A model generated the notes under the pieces. The model did not search any database, was not told the origin of the DNA, and saw only the letters and a program-made list of their open reading frames with translations. A program made the position numbers and the translations under genes. DNA of 64,000 bases, taken from Octopus vulgaris (taxonomy: Eukaryota). The stretch covers positions 55,552,001 to 55,616,000 of the forward strand of contig OX597833.1 of the NCBI GenBank assembly GCA_951406725.2. Reading direction: 5' to 3'. Below are positions 37,524 through 48,708 of this stretch, piece after piece. Each line of letters opens with the position of its first letter. Positions within the stretch are counted from its first letter, which is position 1.

Positions 37524-38120
37524 TTATAGCCTTTGTAAGGCTAGAAATTGCGATCTCATGCCCTGTAAACACAACAGAACAAAAACTACGGCATTACATG
37601 AAATAATAGCTATTATGATCCAGTCATGATGTAAGTAGAAGGAAATGGTAGCACACAACAAATTGCCGAGAGTACAGACGAGAGTATGAACGAGAGCGAG
37701 ATTCGGGAAAACTGATCTTTTCTTCAAAATCGGGAAAACAATACAGAAGATTGTCGTGGAGTTTATAATTATAATTGCATCTGCAATAACACTCCAATAG
37801 TCTGGGGAATCTGAAAAAATACGAACAAGTGGCACCAGATGTGCAACGCCGCCAATAAAACTGAACACGCTCAGCACTAGGTAGAGAAGAGGGAAGATCC
37901 AATGTATAATATAAGAATTATGAGGGCGACATTGGTTCTGAACCTGGCTGTGTTGTCGAGAGCCGTCCAGCGGAGTCATTTCTATATTTTCTTCGTTGGG
38001 GAGAAGTGGCACACGACGCGTTGGCCTCGATTCCTTCCGCGGCGGCGAATTGTCCGTAACTGAATCTTTATTCAACTTCTCTGCAGCACTTCCTTCGTAG
38101 CTTCTTTCAGAATTCGCCAT
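37524..38120 (-). CDS. 4-TM family paralogue (198 aa)
   Basis: Intact ORF; ESRPTRRVP, NEENIEMTPL, DYWSVIAD, NSTTIFCIVFP; four TM segments. Confidence 0.85.
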   Translation of the reverse strand: MANSERSYEGSAAEKLNKDSVTDNSPPRKESRPTRRVPLLPNEENIEMTPLDGSRQHSQVQNQCRPHNSYIIHWIFPLLYLVLSVFSFIGGVAHLVPLVRIFSDSPDYWSVIADAIIIINSTTIFCIVFPILKKRSVFPNLALVHTLVCTLGNLLCATISFYLHHDWIIIAIISCNAVVFVLLCLQGMRSQFLALQRL

Positions 38121-38595
38121 TTTCCCGTTTTCTTCTCAGATGTACTCGTCTTTAGCTGATTTCTCTTTCTGCTGATTCTCCTAACGGAGAATCATGTTTG
38201 TATTTATAGTCCAAGAAACAATATTGGTTACAGAAATTGATTTTGATTTTTTTTTAAATGTCTTTTTAAATAAACTATTCCAACGTTTCATTTTCGTTTT
38301 TTATTTTATTTTATTTTATTCATTCAATCTAAATTTCTTGCATGCATATCATTGTAATCCGCGCGATACAGTTTCAATTCATAGTGGATGTTATCAACTA
38401 CCACTTAGGCATCTAATGCCAATGTTTCATGACTCAGTATTTCTTTATTTAAGCACTCAGGTTCTTACACAGAGGGGAGGACAGATTTATTTATTAGGCA
38501 TAAAGCCCCAAACACAGAGGGGACACCACAAGGACAGACAAGACCACAATGAGGACAAAAAAGATAAACGAATGTAAATGAAAAACTATAAAATG

Positions 38596-38932
38596 AAAAT
38601 TCTGCCGAGGTCGATTTTGCCTTTCATCCTTTCGGGTCGATTAAATAAGTACCAGTTACACACTGGGGTCGATGTAATCGACTTAATCCGTTTGTCTGTC
38701 CTTGTTTGTCCTCTCTGTGTTTAGCCCCTTATGGGTAGTAAAGAAATAGGTATTTCGTCTGCCGTTACGTTCTGAGTTCATATTCCGCCGAGGTCGACTT
38801 TGCCTTTCATCCTTTTGGGGCCGATTAAATAAGTACCAGTTACACACTGGGGTCTATGTAATCGACTTAATCCGTTTGTCTGTCCTTGTTTGTCCTCTCT
38901 GTGTTTAGCCCCTTATGGGTAGTAAAGAAATA
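38596..38932 (+). mobile_element. SINE-A headless dimer
   Basis: Family match. Confidence 0.85.
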
Positions 38933-39219
38933 GAAAAGCTGTAAAATGAAATCGATGATAATGAAATGGCTGCATTGAGCCCCTCAAGCAGTACCATTTA
39001 ACTCGTTTCTTTATTAGCCACAAGGGCCCAAGCAGTACCATTTAACTGTTAATTCATACAAGTTATGAATGTTTTTTTTTCCTTTCGCATCTTTTTTTCC
39101 CCGTTTGTTAAAGTCTATTTCCTCTTTTTTCCTTTTCTTTTTCTCCTTTGTTAATAAGTCTATTTCTTTTTTCCTTCCTCTTTCAAAGTACTCCTTTATT
39201 ACCATTCATTAGATGTATT

Positions 39220-39311
39220 GGATCTTTTCGGTTTGAACGGCAGTTTTTAAATTCATTTATAAGTAACTAAAAAATGTTAAACTTCGTATACTGGTAGAAT
39301 GTGTTTATAAA
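39220..39311. mobile_element. MITE-GG single end
   Basis: One TIR plus ~60 bp. Confidence 0.8.
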
Positions 39312-39404
39312 TAGTGAAAAGTTTGGTACACGTTGTCGACAGCGTGGTCGAGAAAGCGCGCCATACAGACCGGTCTGTCCACGATAATCGAACATCTACT
39401 TCAT

Positions 39405-39752
39405 GCGGCACATCGTAGAAAGGTTAGACAGGTTTTGGACATCGTAGAAGGGTTAGACAAGTTTTAGACATCGTAGACAGGTTAGACAGGTTTTAGACAT
39501 CGTAGACAGGTGAGACAGGTTTGGACATCGTAGACAGGTTAGACAGGTTTTGGACATTGTAGACAGGTTTGGACATCGTAGACAGGTTAGACAGGTTTTG
39601 GACATCGTAGACAGGTTAGATAGGTTTTGGACATCGTAGAAAGGTTAGACAGGTTTTGGACATCGTAGAAGGGTTAGACAGGTTAGACAGGTTTTGGACA
39701 TCGTAGAAAGGTTAGACAGGTTTTGGACATCGTAGAAGGGTTAGACAGGTTT
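39405..39752. repeat. Minisatellite, ~30-bp unit GGACATCGTAGACAGGTTAGACAGGTTTT
   Basis: About 12 diverged tandem units. Confidence 0.9.
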
Positions 39753-40477
39753 TACCCTTGCTATTGTTGTTGCTTGTCTTTGTTACTGCATGCTGTTGTC
39801 GTTGTAGAGATGATAGCGTGACTCCCTTTTCTTATTTCCTGTTTTAGTTGTGAGGGCAGAATATTCCCAGGTGGTTAGTTGTTCCACACGAATAACATAT
39901 CGGTCTTTTGCCCTCTACAGTTACCCACAACTCCACCCAATTTGACACGGAGATGAGCTTTGGAGTCTTTCAGAAATGATTAGGTTTTATTAAGAGAATG
40001 AACATTGATATAGTTCAAGACTAGTTATGACGCCTAGTTCACTAACTCCATGCTGGCCAGTGTCCACCAAAGAGCCAGTACTTGTGGACCTCCTCGTGTT
40101 GGCAACTTCTTTGTCCATTTTCTGAAATAAGTGCGAAAGAAAGCAGCGTTTTCACAGCAACAGGTGACCCCCGAGTACTGCAGTACGAGGAACTCGTCCA
40201 CAAATAGGACTTCGACCGCCACCAATCTGCCTAGCTCTAGATATATACTCTTGCCTTGCCGTACATTGTAGAGGGCTCTTTCTACTATTTTTGTTCGAAG
40301 CCATCACCAGGCGAGTAACATATTTCTAGTAGTTGCAGCCAAAATTTCAGGTGGGGCGTAAAGGCTGCCACCTCAGTATTCCTGAATAGAGTCCTAAAGT
40401 TTGGTTCATTTGTCTTCTAGGGAGAGAATGCGCAGCTTCCTTGTGGAAACTATTCTTTCTCTGTTTATACATTTCCT

Positions 40478-40660
40478 ATTTCTTTACTGTCCACAAGGGG
40501 TTACACACAGATGGGACAAACAAGGATAGACAAACGGATTAAGTCGATTACATCGAACCCCAGTGAGTAACTGGTACTTATTTAATAGGCCCTGAAAGGA
40601 TGAAAGGCAAAGTTGACCTCGGCGGAATTTGAACTCAGAACGTAGCGGCAGACGAAATAT
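40478..40660 (-). mobile_element. SINE-A, 5'-truncated
   Basis: TSD ttctctgtttataca(t/a)ttcc. Confidence 0.85.
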
Positions 40661-40979
40661 TCTCTGTTTATACAATTCCACTATCTTGAAGTGTAAGTGA
40701 AGTTTGATGTCAACTAAGAATTGAAACCGCTTCGTGGATTTGAATGATCTGCAAGCAAGAAATGTTGATTGAGTAAAAGAAAAAGAAAAAAAGAAAAGGC
40801 ACATGTTGAAATTATGGAATAATTCATTCGAGGCCGCTTTTTAGAGTCAAACAATGATTTTTCGAATTTCATTTCTATTGGTTTTTCAGAGAATAAAGAA
40901 ACAAAAAACACGGTCAGTTTAAGCGGAGGAGGCTTTTCATAAAATAGCGCAGCAAAAGGGAATTACATTTCCAGAAAGA

Positions 40980-41627
40980 ATGGAGAATTCTGAAAGCATT
41001 GATGTAGCTGGTGCTGTGGAGATCTTGAATGATGCTCCAAGTACGAGTAATTCGCGACGAAATCCAACTGAGTCATGGCCGACACGCCGTCTATCATCTA
41101 TCAGCGAAGAAACCGAAGAAACGAACGACTTCGGAGAATTTGTGCAACAAGAACACGGCGATCAGCCTCAGACGCAGCGGCACATTACTAACTATTATAG
41201 CATACACTGGTTTTATATACTCCTCTACCTGGTGTTATCTGTGATTATTTTATCTTGTGGCCTTATCGACCTATTGCAACAAGTTCGCAATTTTTCACAT
41301 ACATCGGATTATTGGATTACTATTCTCGACGTGGTTATCGTCGCCAACTCATTGACAATCTTCTGCATCGTCTTCCCGTTTTCGAAGCGAAGGTCATATT
41401 TCCCAAATCACAATCTCGTCCACAGTCTCCTATGTACGATATCTATTCTGTTGTCCGCTACGATTTGCTTCGGTTTATATTCTGATTGGATTATGGCTGC
41501 CGTTATAATCTGTTGTTTCCTACTTTTGCTTCTGTTGTGTATACCGAGTTTGATATCAAATTTTACAGCTCGTCAAACCCTGAACCAACTCCAGCTTTTT
41601 ATGTTCAATCTTTCATTCCTGCTTTGA
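40980..41627 (+). CDS. 4-TM family paralogue (215 aa)
   Basis: Intact ORF; ESWPTRRLSS, RNFS, DYWITILD, ANSLTIFCIVFPFSKRR; four TM segments. Confidence 0.85.
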   Translation: MENSESIDVAGAVEILNDAPSTSNSRRNPTESWPTRRLSSISEETEETNDFGEFVQQEHGDQPQTQRHITNYYSIHWFYILLYLVLSVIILSCGLIDLLQQVRNFSHTSDYWITILDVVIVANSLTIFCIVFPFSKRRSYFPNHNLVHSLLCTISILLSATICFGLYSDWIMAAVIICCFLLLLLLCIPSLISNFTARQTLNQLQLFMFNLSFLL

Positions 41628-41829
41628 AATACTTCATCATATAATTTGTCAGAACAATCAAATATTTTGCTTTTAAAAACATTTGATAAAATAAGTGTAA
41701 CCAAACATTTTTAAATCAGAAAAATTAGTCTCCAATAGTTTAGTCTCATTTTTAATATTCATAACTTCTTGATAATTTTCCTTGCATCACCCACCACTAG
41801 CTTTTTCAAACTATCATACATAAATACGT

Positions 41830-42211
41830 GGAGGCGCAATGGCCCAGTGGTTAGGGCAGCGGACTCGCGGTCGTAGGATCGCGGTTTCGATTCCCAGACC
41901 GGGCGTTGTGAGTGTTTATTGAGCGAAAACACCTAAAAGCTCCACGAGGCTCCGACAAGGATGGTGGTGATCCCTGCTGTACTCTTTCACCACAACTTTC
42001 TCTCACTCTTACTTCCTGTTTCTGTTGTACCTGTATTTCAAAGAGCCAGCCTTGTCACTCTCTGTGTCACGCTGAATATCCTCGAGAACTACGTTAAGGG
42101 TACACGTGTCTGTGGAGTGCTCAGCAACTTACACGTTAATTTCACGAGCAGGCTGTTCCGTTGATTCGGATCAACCGTAACCCTCGTCGTCGTAACCGAC
42201 GGAGTGCTTCC
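41830..42211 (+). mobile_element. SINE-B, full length
   Basis: A/B boxes; flanked by acataaatac. Confidence 0.9.
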
Positions 42212-42532
42212 ATCCACATAAATACATCTACTCTCCGACCAGTTTGAATCACTAAGAACTCTTAGAAAATCTACCCTCTTGTATTTGTAATATGTCTCAC
42301 ATCCTCCCACTCTGAAGTCCTCGTTCTCGATTACTTCAACGCTCACAACTGATCGTAGCTCTCACACTCATCCTACCAGTGCAGAAGCTAAATCTCTTGT
42401 AAATCTCAGCTCCTTGCATGAAAACTTGTTGCATCCCTTATTCACCTTTTAAATCGATACTTATATACGCCAAACCCTCTTGATCTCTTTCTCAGCTCAC
42501 GACCCACGCATTACTGGAATATTTCCTCTTGG

Positions 42533-42956
42533 GGATCTTTTCGGTTTGAACGGCAGTTTTTTTCTAGCGGTGTCATATGAAATTGTCACCCATAATTATG
42601 ACCCTAGAATCGATCTATTGCATTTCAATCTCTTTTAGGGTTAGGGGTAGGGTCAGAGATGGGGGAAGGGTATCTTTTTTTTCTTCACAAATGTAAATAA
42701 ACCCAATCTGTTTCTTAAACGAGGGACATATTCATACGGCACAGAATGCTTTTTAACTCAATAGACGTCAGTGATTGGTTGAAATTGCAGAAATTGAAGA
42801 AAAAAACAACATATATCTTACAAACTATAGAATTTTCTCAATAAAACCAAGAGAAAAATATGTTTTATAAACACATTCTGCCAGTATAGGAAGTTAAAAA
42901 TTTTTTAGTTACCTAGAAATTATGTAAAAAAACTGCCGTTCAAACCGAAAAGATTC
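42533..42956. mobile_element. MITE-GG flanked by ~110-bp direct duplication
   Basis: 42421-42530 recurs at 42957-43070. Confidence 0.9.
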
Positions 42957-43392
42957 AAAACTTGTTGCATCCCTTATTCACCTTTTAAATCGATACTTAG
43001 ATACGCCAAACCCTCTTGATTTCTTTCTCAGCTCAGCTCAAGACCCACGCATTACTGGAATATTTCCTCTCAGCTATCAAGTCATCCGTCTACAACCTTA
43101 TCGTAAACCCCACGCACAAAGATACTACACAACTCCCCAATTTCACCGACCCATTGCAATACAATATTAACAATAGGAAAATATTTCCTGTGTACTTGTG
43201 TTTACAAGGGGTAGACAAGCACCCCCATCCAGCTAAGCCTTCTCTGAGATATTTAGAAATTTAATAGGAAAATATTTTCTCAGAATCACCTGCTTTATGG
43301 TTTGTAGATTTTCACGCGAATTTTATGGGTTCAAACCACGAATTTCTTGATTACAACACGTGTATCATTGTGAGAGAAAAAACGCTGTAATG

Positions 43393-43804
43393 GGATCTTT
43401 TCGGTTTGAACGGCAGTTTTTTCTAGCGGTGTCATATGAAATTGTCACTCATAATTATGACCCTAGTACCGATCTATTGCACTTCAATCTGTTTTAGGGT
43501 TAGGGGTGGGGGGAAGGGTATCTTTTTTTCTTCACAAATGTAAATAAACCCAATCTGTTTCTTAAACGAGGGACATATTCAAACGGCACAGAATGTTTTT
43601 TACCTCAATAAACGTCGGTGATTGGTTGAAATTGCAGAAACTGAAGAAAATATTACACAAATATCTTACAGACTATAGAACTTTCTCAATAAAGCCAAGA
43701 GAAAAAGATGTTTTATAAACACATTCTACCAGTATACGAAGTTTAAAAGTGTTTAGTTACGTGGAAATTATTTTAAAAAACTGCCGGTTAAATCGAAAAG
43801 ATCC
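43393..43804. mobile_element. MITE-GG
   Basis: TIRs; family match. Confidence 0.9.
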
Positions 43805-43919
43805 GAATTGCTAACTCAATTTTTTTATACTTCGTTTTCCTGCTTCTCAAACAATGGCCAGTTCTCAACTCCACCTTTCGTCCATCGTGCATTCTTTTTT
43901 TTTTTCTTTTTTTTTTAAA

Positions 43920-44190
43920 TATTCGTTTCAGTCATTTGACTGCGGCCATGCTGGAGTATCGTCTTTAGTCGAACAAAGCAACCTCAGGACTTATTCTATC
44001 GGTTTGTTTTGCCGAACCGCTAAGAGACGGGGACGTAAACACACCAAAATCGGTTGCCAAGCGATGTGTTTGGTGGGGACGGACACAAATACACACACAT
44101 ACGATGGACTTCCTTCAGTTTCCGTTTCCCAAATCCACTCACGAAGCTTTGGCCGGCCAGAGGCTATAGAAGACACATGCCCAAAGTTCC
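43920..44190 (-). mobile_element. SINE-D (older family with CA microsatellite)
   Basis: Homologous to 61195-61770 and ~29870-29903. Confidence 0.7.
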
Positions 44191-44409
44191 ACAGACTAGA
44201 ATATTTTAAGTACCCTGCCTACACTGTCATATGTAAAGCCCTCAGCAGTGTCAATCTTTTTTTTTTTTTTTAATTAGTAATTTCTTTGTCCGGTTGCAAT
44301 TTTACACTCGCAACTTGGATCAAAATTTTGTAAATTTTTGAATAAATTAAGTTAATTTTTTGGTTCAAAAAGCAAGGTCATGTAGGGGTACAGGGTGGGT
44401 GGTCATACA

Positions 44410-44700
44410 AAGAGTTCAAGCCATTTAGAGTTCAAGAGAGACTTCGAGCGGTCGTCGGCATCTTCACTATCCTCGTTCGGCAGCTTATTCCACGGATCTG
44501 CAATCCGGACGGAGAAAGCCCCCTCTCCTTCGATTGAGATGAAATCGTCGCAGATAGAGCTTTTCGGAGTGACCCCACAGCCGACGCTCTTGAGCAGGAG
44601 TGAAGAACAGCTCTTTCGAGGGGTTACACTTTCCGCTTATGATGTTGTGAGCGAGAATGAGATCACCACGGCGTCATCTGTTTTTCGTTCTCCTTAATTG
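44410..44700 (-). mobile_element. CR1/L2-like LINE 3' end
   Basis: Minus-strand AFSVRIADPWNKLP resembles the CR1 ORF2 C-terminal motif FS.R....WN.LP. Confidence 0.55.
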
Positions 44701-44937
44701 TTACAATGCAATCGTTTTTGCTACGCTGACTTATCAGTGCAGCTATCTCTCTCGAACCAAAGGTTTCTATGTTTCAGAATTCTCACCGGCTCCTGCATCA
44801 AATATGAAATCGGACCAAAACGTCAAGGAAATATTTTTTTTGCTAATGATCAAATAAAATAAAATAAAATAAAATAAAATGTTCCTTGCAAAAACTTTTA
44901 CATGACATGAAACAAATCCAAGCTCTGAAATATATAT

Positions 44938-45354
44938 ATTTCTTTACTACCCACAAGGGGCTAAACTCAGAGGGGACAAACAAGGACAGACAAAGGGATT
45001 AAGTCGATTACATCGACTCCAGTGCGTAACTGGTTCTTAATTTATCGACCCCGAAAGGATGAAAGGCAAAGTCGACCTCGGCGGAATTTGAACTCAGAAC
45101 GTAAATCGGCAGACGAAATACCTATTTCTTTATTACCCACAAGGGGCTAAACATAGAGGGGACAAACAAGGACAGACAAAGGGATTAAGTCGATTACATC
45201 GACTCCAGTGCGTAACTGGTACTTAATTTATCGACCCCGAAAGGATGAAAGGCAAAGTCGACCTCGGCGGAATTTGAACCCAGAACGTAACGGCAGACGA
45301 AATACTGCTACGCATTTCGCCCGGCGTGCTAACGATTCTGCCAACTCGCCGCCT
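44938..45354 (-). mobile_element. SINE-A dimer
   Basis: TSD aagctctgaaata. Confidence 0.9.
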
Positions 45355-45764
45355 AAGCTCTGAAATACATAATTTTGGAAACGGCTGTAATCCTGACACT
45401 AGTAGCAAAAACGATATTAAGAATTGACTGTGTGATAATGAAGGTCGCTTTGAAATCACGCAGGTTCGGCTTCAGTTCCACTGTGCGGCGCTGTTTGTCA
45501 AGCGGTGTTGCGGGACAAGCACATACACAGTTCTCTCTCTGCAATGTTCATAGGTATTTCTGCGAAAAACAATGTCATAATGACTCCCCACCCCCACATT
45601 CTAACGATTCTGCTAATCCGTCAACCTTCCTCGTTTCTAATTTAAGCACAAGGCCAGTAGTTTGGGGGAGGGGCGGGAGGAAGTAGTTTTTCTATTACAT
45701 TGATCCATCCTTACTTGATTGGTATTTTATTTTATGGGCACTGAAAGTATAAAATAAAATACCT

Positions 45765-45995
45765 ATTTCTTCATTACCCACAAGGGGCTAAACATAGAGG
45801 GGACAAACAAGGACAGACATAGGTATTAAGTCGATTACATCGACTCCAGTGCGTAACTGGTGCTTAATTTATCGATCCCGAAAGGATGAAAGGCAAAGTC
45901 GACCTCGGCGGAATTTGAACTCACAGCGTATCGGCAGACGAAATACCGCAAAGCATTTCGCCCGGTGTGCTAACGCTTCTGCCAGCTCGCCGCCT
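45765..45995 (-). mobile_element. SINE-A, full length
   Basis: TSD agtataaaataaaatacc. Confidence 0.9.
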
Positions 45996-46213
45996 TAGTA
46001 TAAAATAAAATACCAATCAAATGGAGTATTTGAAGCGCTTCGTTTTGCAACAGAAAGTTGAACATTGAAATGGGATACCACTAGTGATGAGCAGCGTAAA
46101 TTTGAGCGCAGATATAGCTGTGGGATTCAGAACATTGTGGTTTCAGGTTAAATCCCTCTGCGTGATGCATTGAGTTAGTGTCTTCTACCATAGGTTCGGG
46201 AGGACCGAGGCTT

Positions 46214-46498
46214 TTAACCCTTTAGTGTTTAAACCGGCCATATCAGGCCAAAATTGTTTTCCTGTTTTATGCTCAAACCAGCCAGCTCTGACCTCTCACA
46301 CCTACCCTACAAAGTCATTACAAAAATGAACAGGGACATCATCGAAATCCCGGAGTTACAAGATGCTGTACAATTCATTTAAAACAAAGTGATTAGAGAG
46401 GCTTTACATTTGACATCTGAATGCTAAAGGGTTACATCTGAATGCTAAAGGGTTACATCTGAATGCTAAAGGGTTACATCTGAATGCTAAAGGGTTAA
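46214..46498. mobile_element. piggyBac-type MITE with quadruplicated right end
   Basis: TTAA-CCCTTTAG...CTAAAGGG-TTAA; acatctgaatgctaaagggtt x4; empty TTAA site in paralogous blocks at ~63397 and ~31530. Confidence 0.75.
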
Positions 46499-47082
46499 GA
46501 GTGAAATTTCGGAAATGGTTATTTGGAAGCTCACCGAAGCGACCGTCCCTGTTTTGTGGTTGACCATTTTAATAGTTATGTTCATTTATCATCATCACCA
46601 GAATCCGATTCGAGCATTCGCAACAAGACCTCCAACAAGGAATAGCATCTTTTGTGTTGCCAATGTTACCCTGAAAGATTTTATGACCGCCACTCTCTTA
46701 CCTGAAGTGTAATATTCTTAAACAAGAATTTAGACAGGAAAGTGTTTGCAGCTTGTTACAAAGTTTACACTCTTACTCTGTAATATCTCAACACATTTAT
46801 AATATTGATATCTTGTCTCTAATATGTCTATAAGAAAGGGAAACTGGGGGAAAAAGTAGTGTTCATACAGTTCAACTGATATCTTGAAATGAAAGTGAAG
46901 TTTGATAACTTCAACTAAGAATTGAAACCGCGTCGTAGATGGTAATGTACTCCATGCAAAACAATAAGATTGTATAAAAGAAAAATAATAAGACGGACGT
47001 TGAAATTTTGGAATAGTTCATTTAAGGTCAGTTTCTGAAGTCAGAACAAAGATTTGCTTCATTTCTATTATTTCTTACAGAA

Positions 47083-48671
47083 TTTCGCTGGTTCTGCGCG
47101 TTACACTTTTTCTGTTTTGGCGGCCGTTTTTCGGCCTGTCAGACAGGAGGAAATGGATGACCACTCCCTAGTGGAGGAGTCGGAGGAGGAATGGATATTT
47201 GAGAACTTGTCGGAGACATCGAACTCTGAAGACGAGCAAATCGGTGATGTAAATAATGTGGAGATAAAAAACAGGAAAACGTACGCAGGAGTTGCAAAAA
47301 AGAAGACGGCACAGGAAAAGGAAATAAACCTAGAAAAATTGCCAGGTTTCCAGAGGTATATGAGGAAGGACAGCGGCGAGGTGGAACTGGAACCACCGCC
47401 AAAGAGAAAGGAATGGTACGATAAAAGGACCATTATTTACAGGGTGTTCGCAAACGAAAGAAAGAAAATAGAAGTTGTAAACATGGAGTGGATAGAGGAG
47501 GCCCTGAGAAGATCGGAGGAGGAAATCATTTTTCTGACTCGAGGATCGAAGTACGGTACTGTAGTGGTACATTTTAAAAGTGAGACTGCAGCGAGGAAGA
47601 TGGCGGCGAAGGCGGTGAAGTCAGAAAAGGTAACACTTTTACCTATGTATTTGAATAGAAGGATTACACGAGTGAGGGTGGAGGGAGTGCCACCAAACGT
47701 TGAGGCAGAGTGGATTGTGGCGGCTGTGATCAGCGGCACGAGGAGGAAGTGGATATTCTCCATGCCTCGGTCAAGACCGAGGGCTGGAGAGGCGTAACAG
47801 TGGAGCTGAACGTGCAGGCAGAAAACGAGGTACTGGTGGACCTGGCGGAAAGCATCAGATTGGGAGACGTGATTATGAGAGTGTGGGTGGAGGGCAGAGC
47901 TCCACGTTGTTACAAGTGTGGCCTGAGGGGCCACATAAGAGCCTTCTGCCCTCCCCCACCAAGAGAAAAGGAAATCGTTGAGGAAGCTCCAAAAGAGGAG
48001 GCCCCAAAAGAGGAAGAAATTAAAGAGAAGCAGACGGAAAGGGAAACGACAGAGGAGGAGGAGATGCAAAAAGAGTGGGAGGAGGGCAGAAAGAAGAGAA
48101 AAGGAAAGAAAAGGAAAAACTGTGCGAAGCCCCAACCCACCCCAACACCACCCACACCCTTGGAGACCCATCCTGCCCCTGCAAACAGCGATTCCACCCA
48201 CTCCCCGCCTACAAGAAAAACGAAAACAGACACACAGAACATACAAAGGCCCCAGTCCTACTTTTTATGTGTTGTGAGGAAGGGGGATACCGAGGACGCA
48301 AGAAGGATTTTTGAGGACGATGTATGGCAAGAGTATGAGGACGGTAGCTACGCGGTGTTTGATTCTGAACTTATGGGCTCTTTGACGAGAAAGTGTAATG
48401 AATTGCGTATAAATTGTTTGTCAGCGTATATGAAGGATGATATGATAGAGAGGTATGAAAAAGAAATGAAGGGTGAGGTAAAAGAGTTTGGAATTGTGAT
48501 AGGAAACGGAAAGGTAAGTGATGCTGGCGGAGGGGGCCGTTAGCATCGCTTTCATATTATCATTTTTTCATTTTAACATTCATTTACTCATAATTTTAAT
48601 CACATTGTTTTATATCCCCCATGTCTTGTAATGTTCCCTCTTCGTAGCCCCTAGTGGGTAATAAAGAAATA
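47083..48671 (+). mobile_element. ORF1-only (HAL1-like) non-autonomous non-LTR element
   Basis: Short 5' UTR, gag-like ORF1, hairpin and LINE-type tail GCCCCTAGTGGGTAATAAAGAAATA; no EN/RT. Confidence 0.8.
47153..48543 (+). pseudogene. ORF1 nucleic-acid-binding protein with CCHC zinc knuckle, one frameshift near 47740
   Basis: RRM-like KYGTVVVHFKSETAA; knuckle CYKCGLRGHIRAFC; joins ORFs 47054..47797 and 47710..48543. Confidence 0.8.
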
Positions 48672-48708
48672 GAAATCAGAAATCAGAGAAAAAAATTTTC
48701 CATGTAAG

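Noticed and set aside
39405-39752. CRISPR-like array
   Set aside because: Contiguous tandem units with no unique spacers, no cas genes, eukaryotic context
41830-41905. tRNA genes (also 26148, 15835, 33190, 51850)
   Set aside because: A/B boxes are present, but they continue into repeated SINE bodies with TSDs and have no clean acceptor stem
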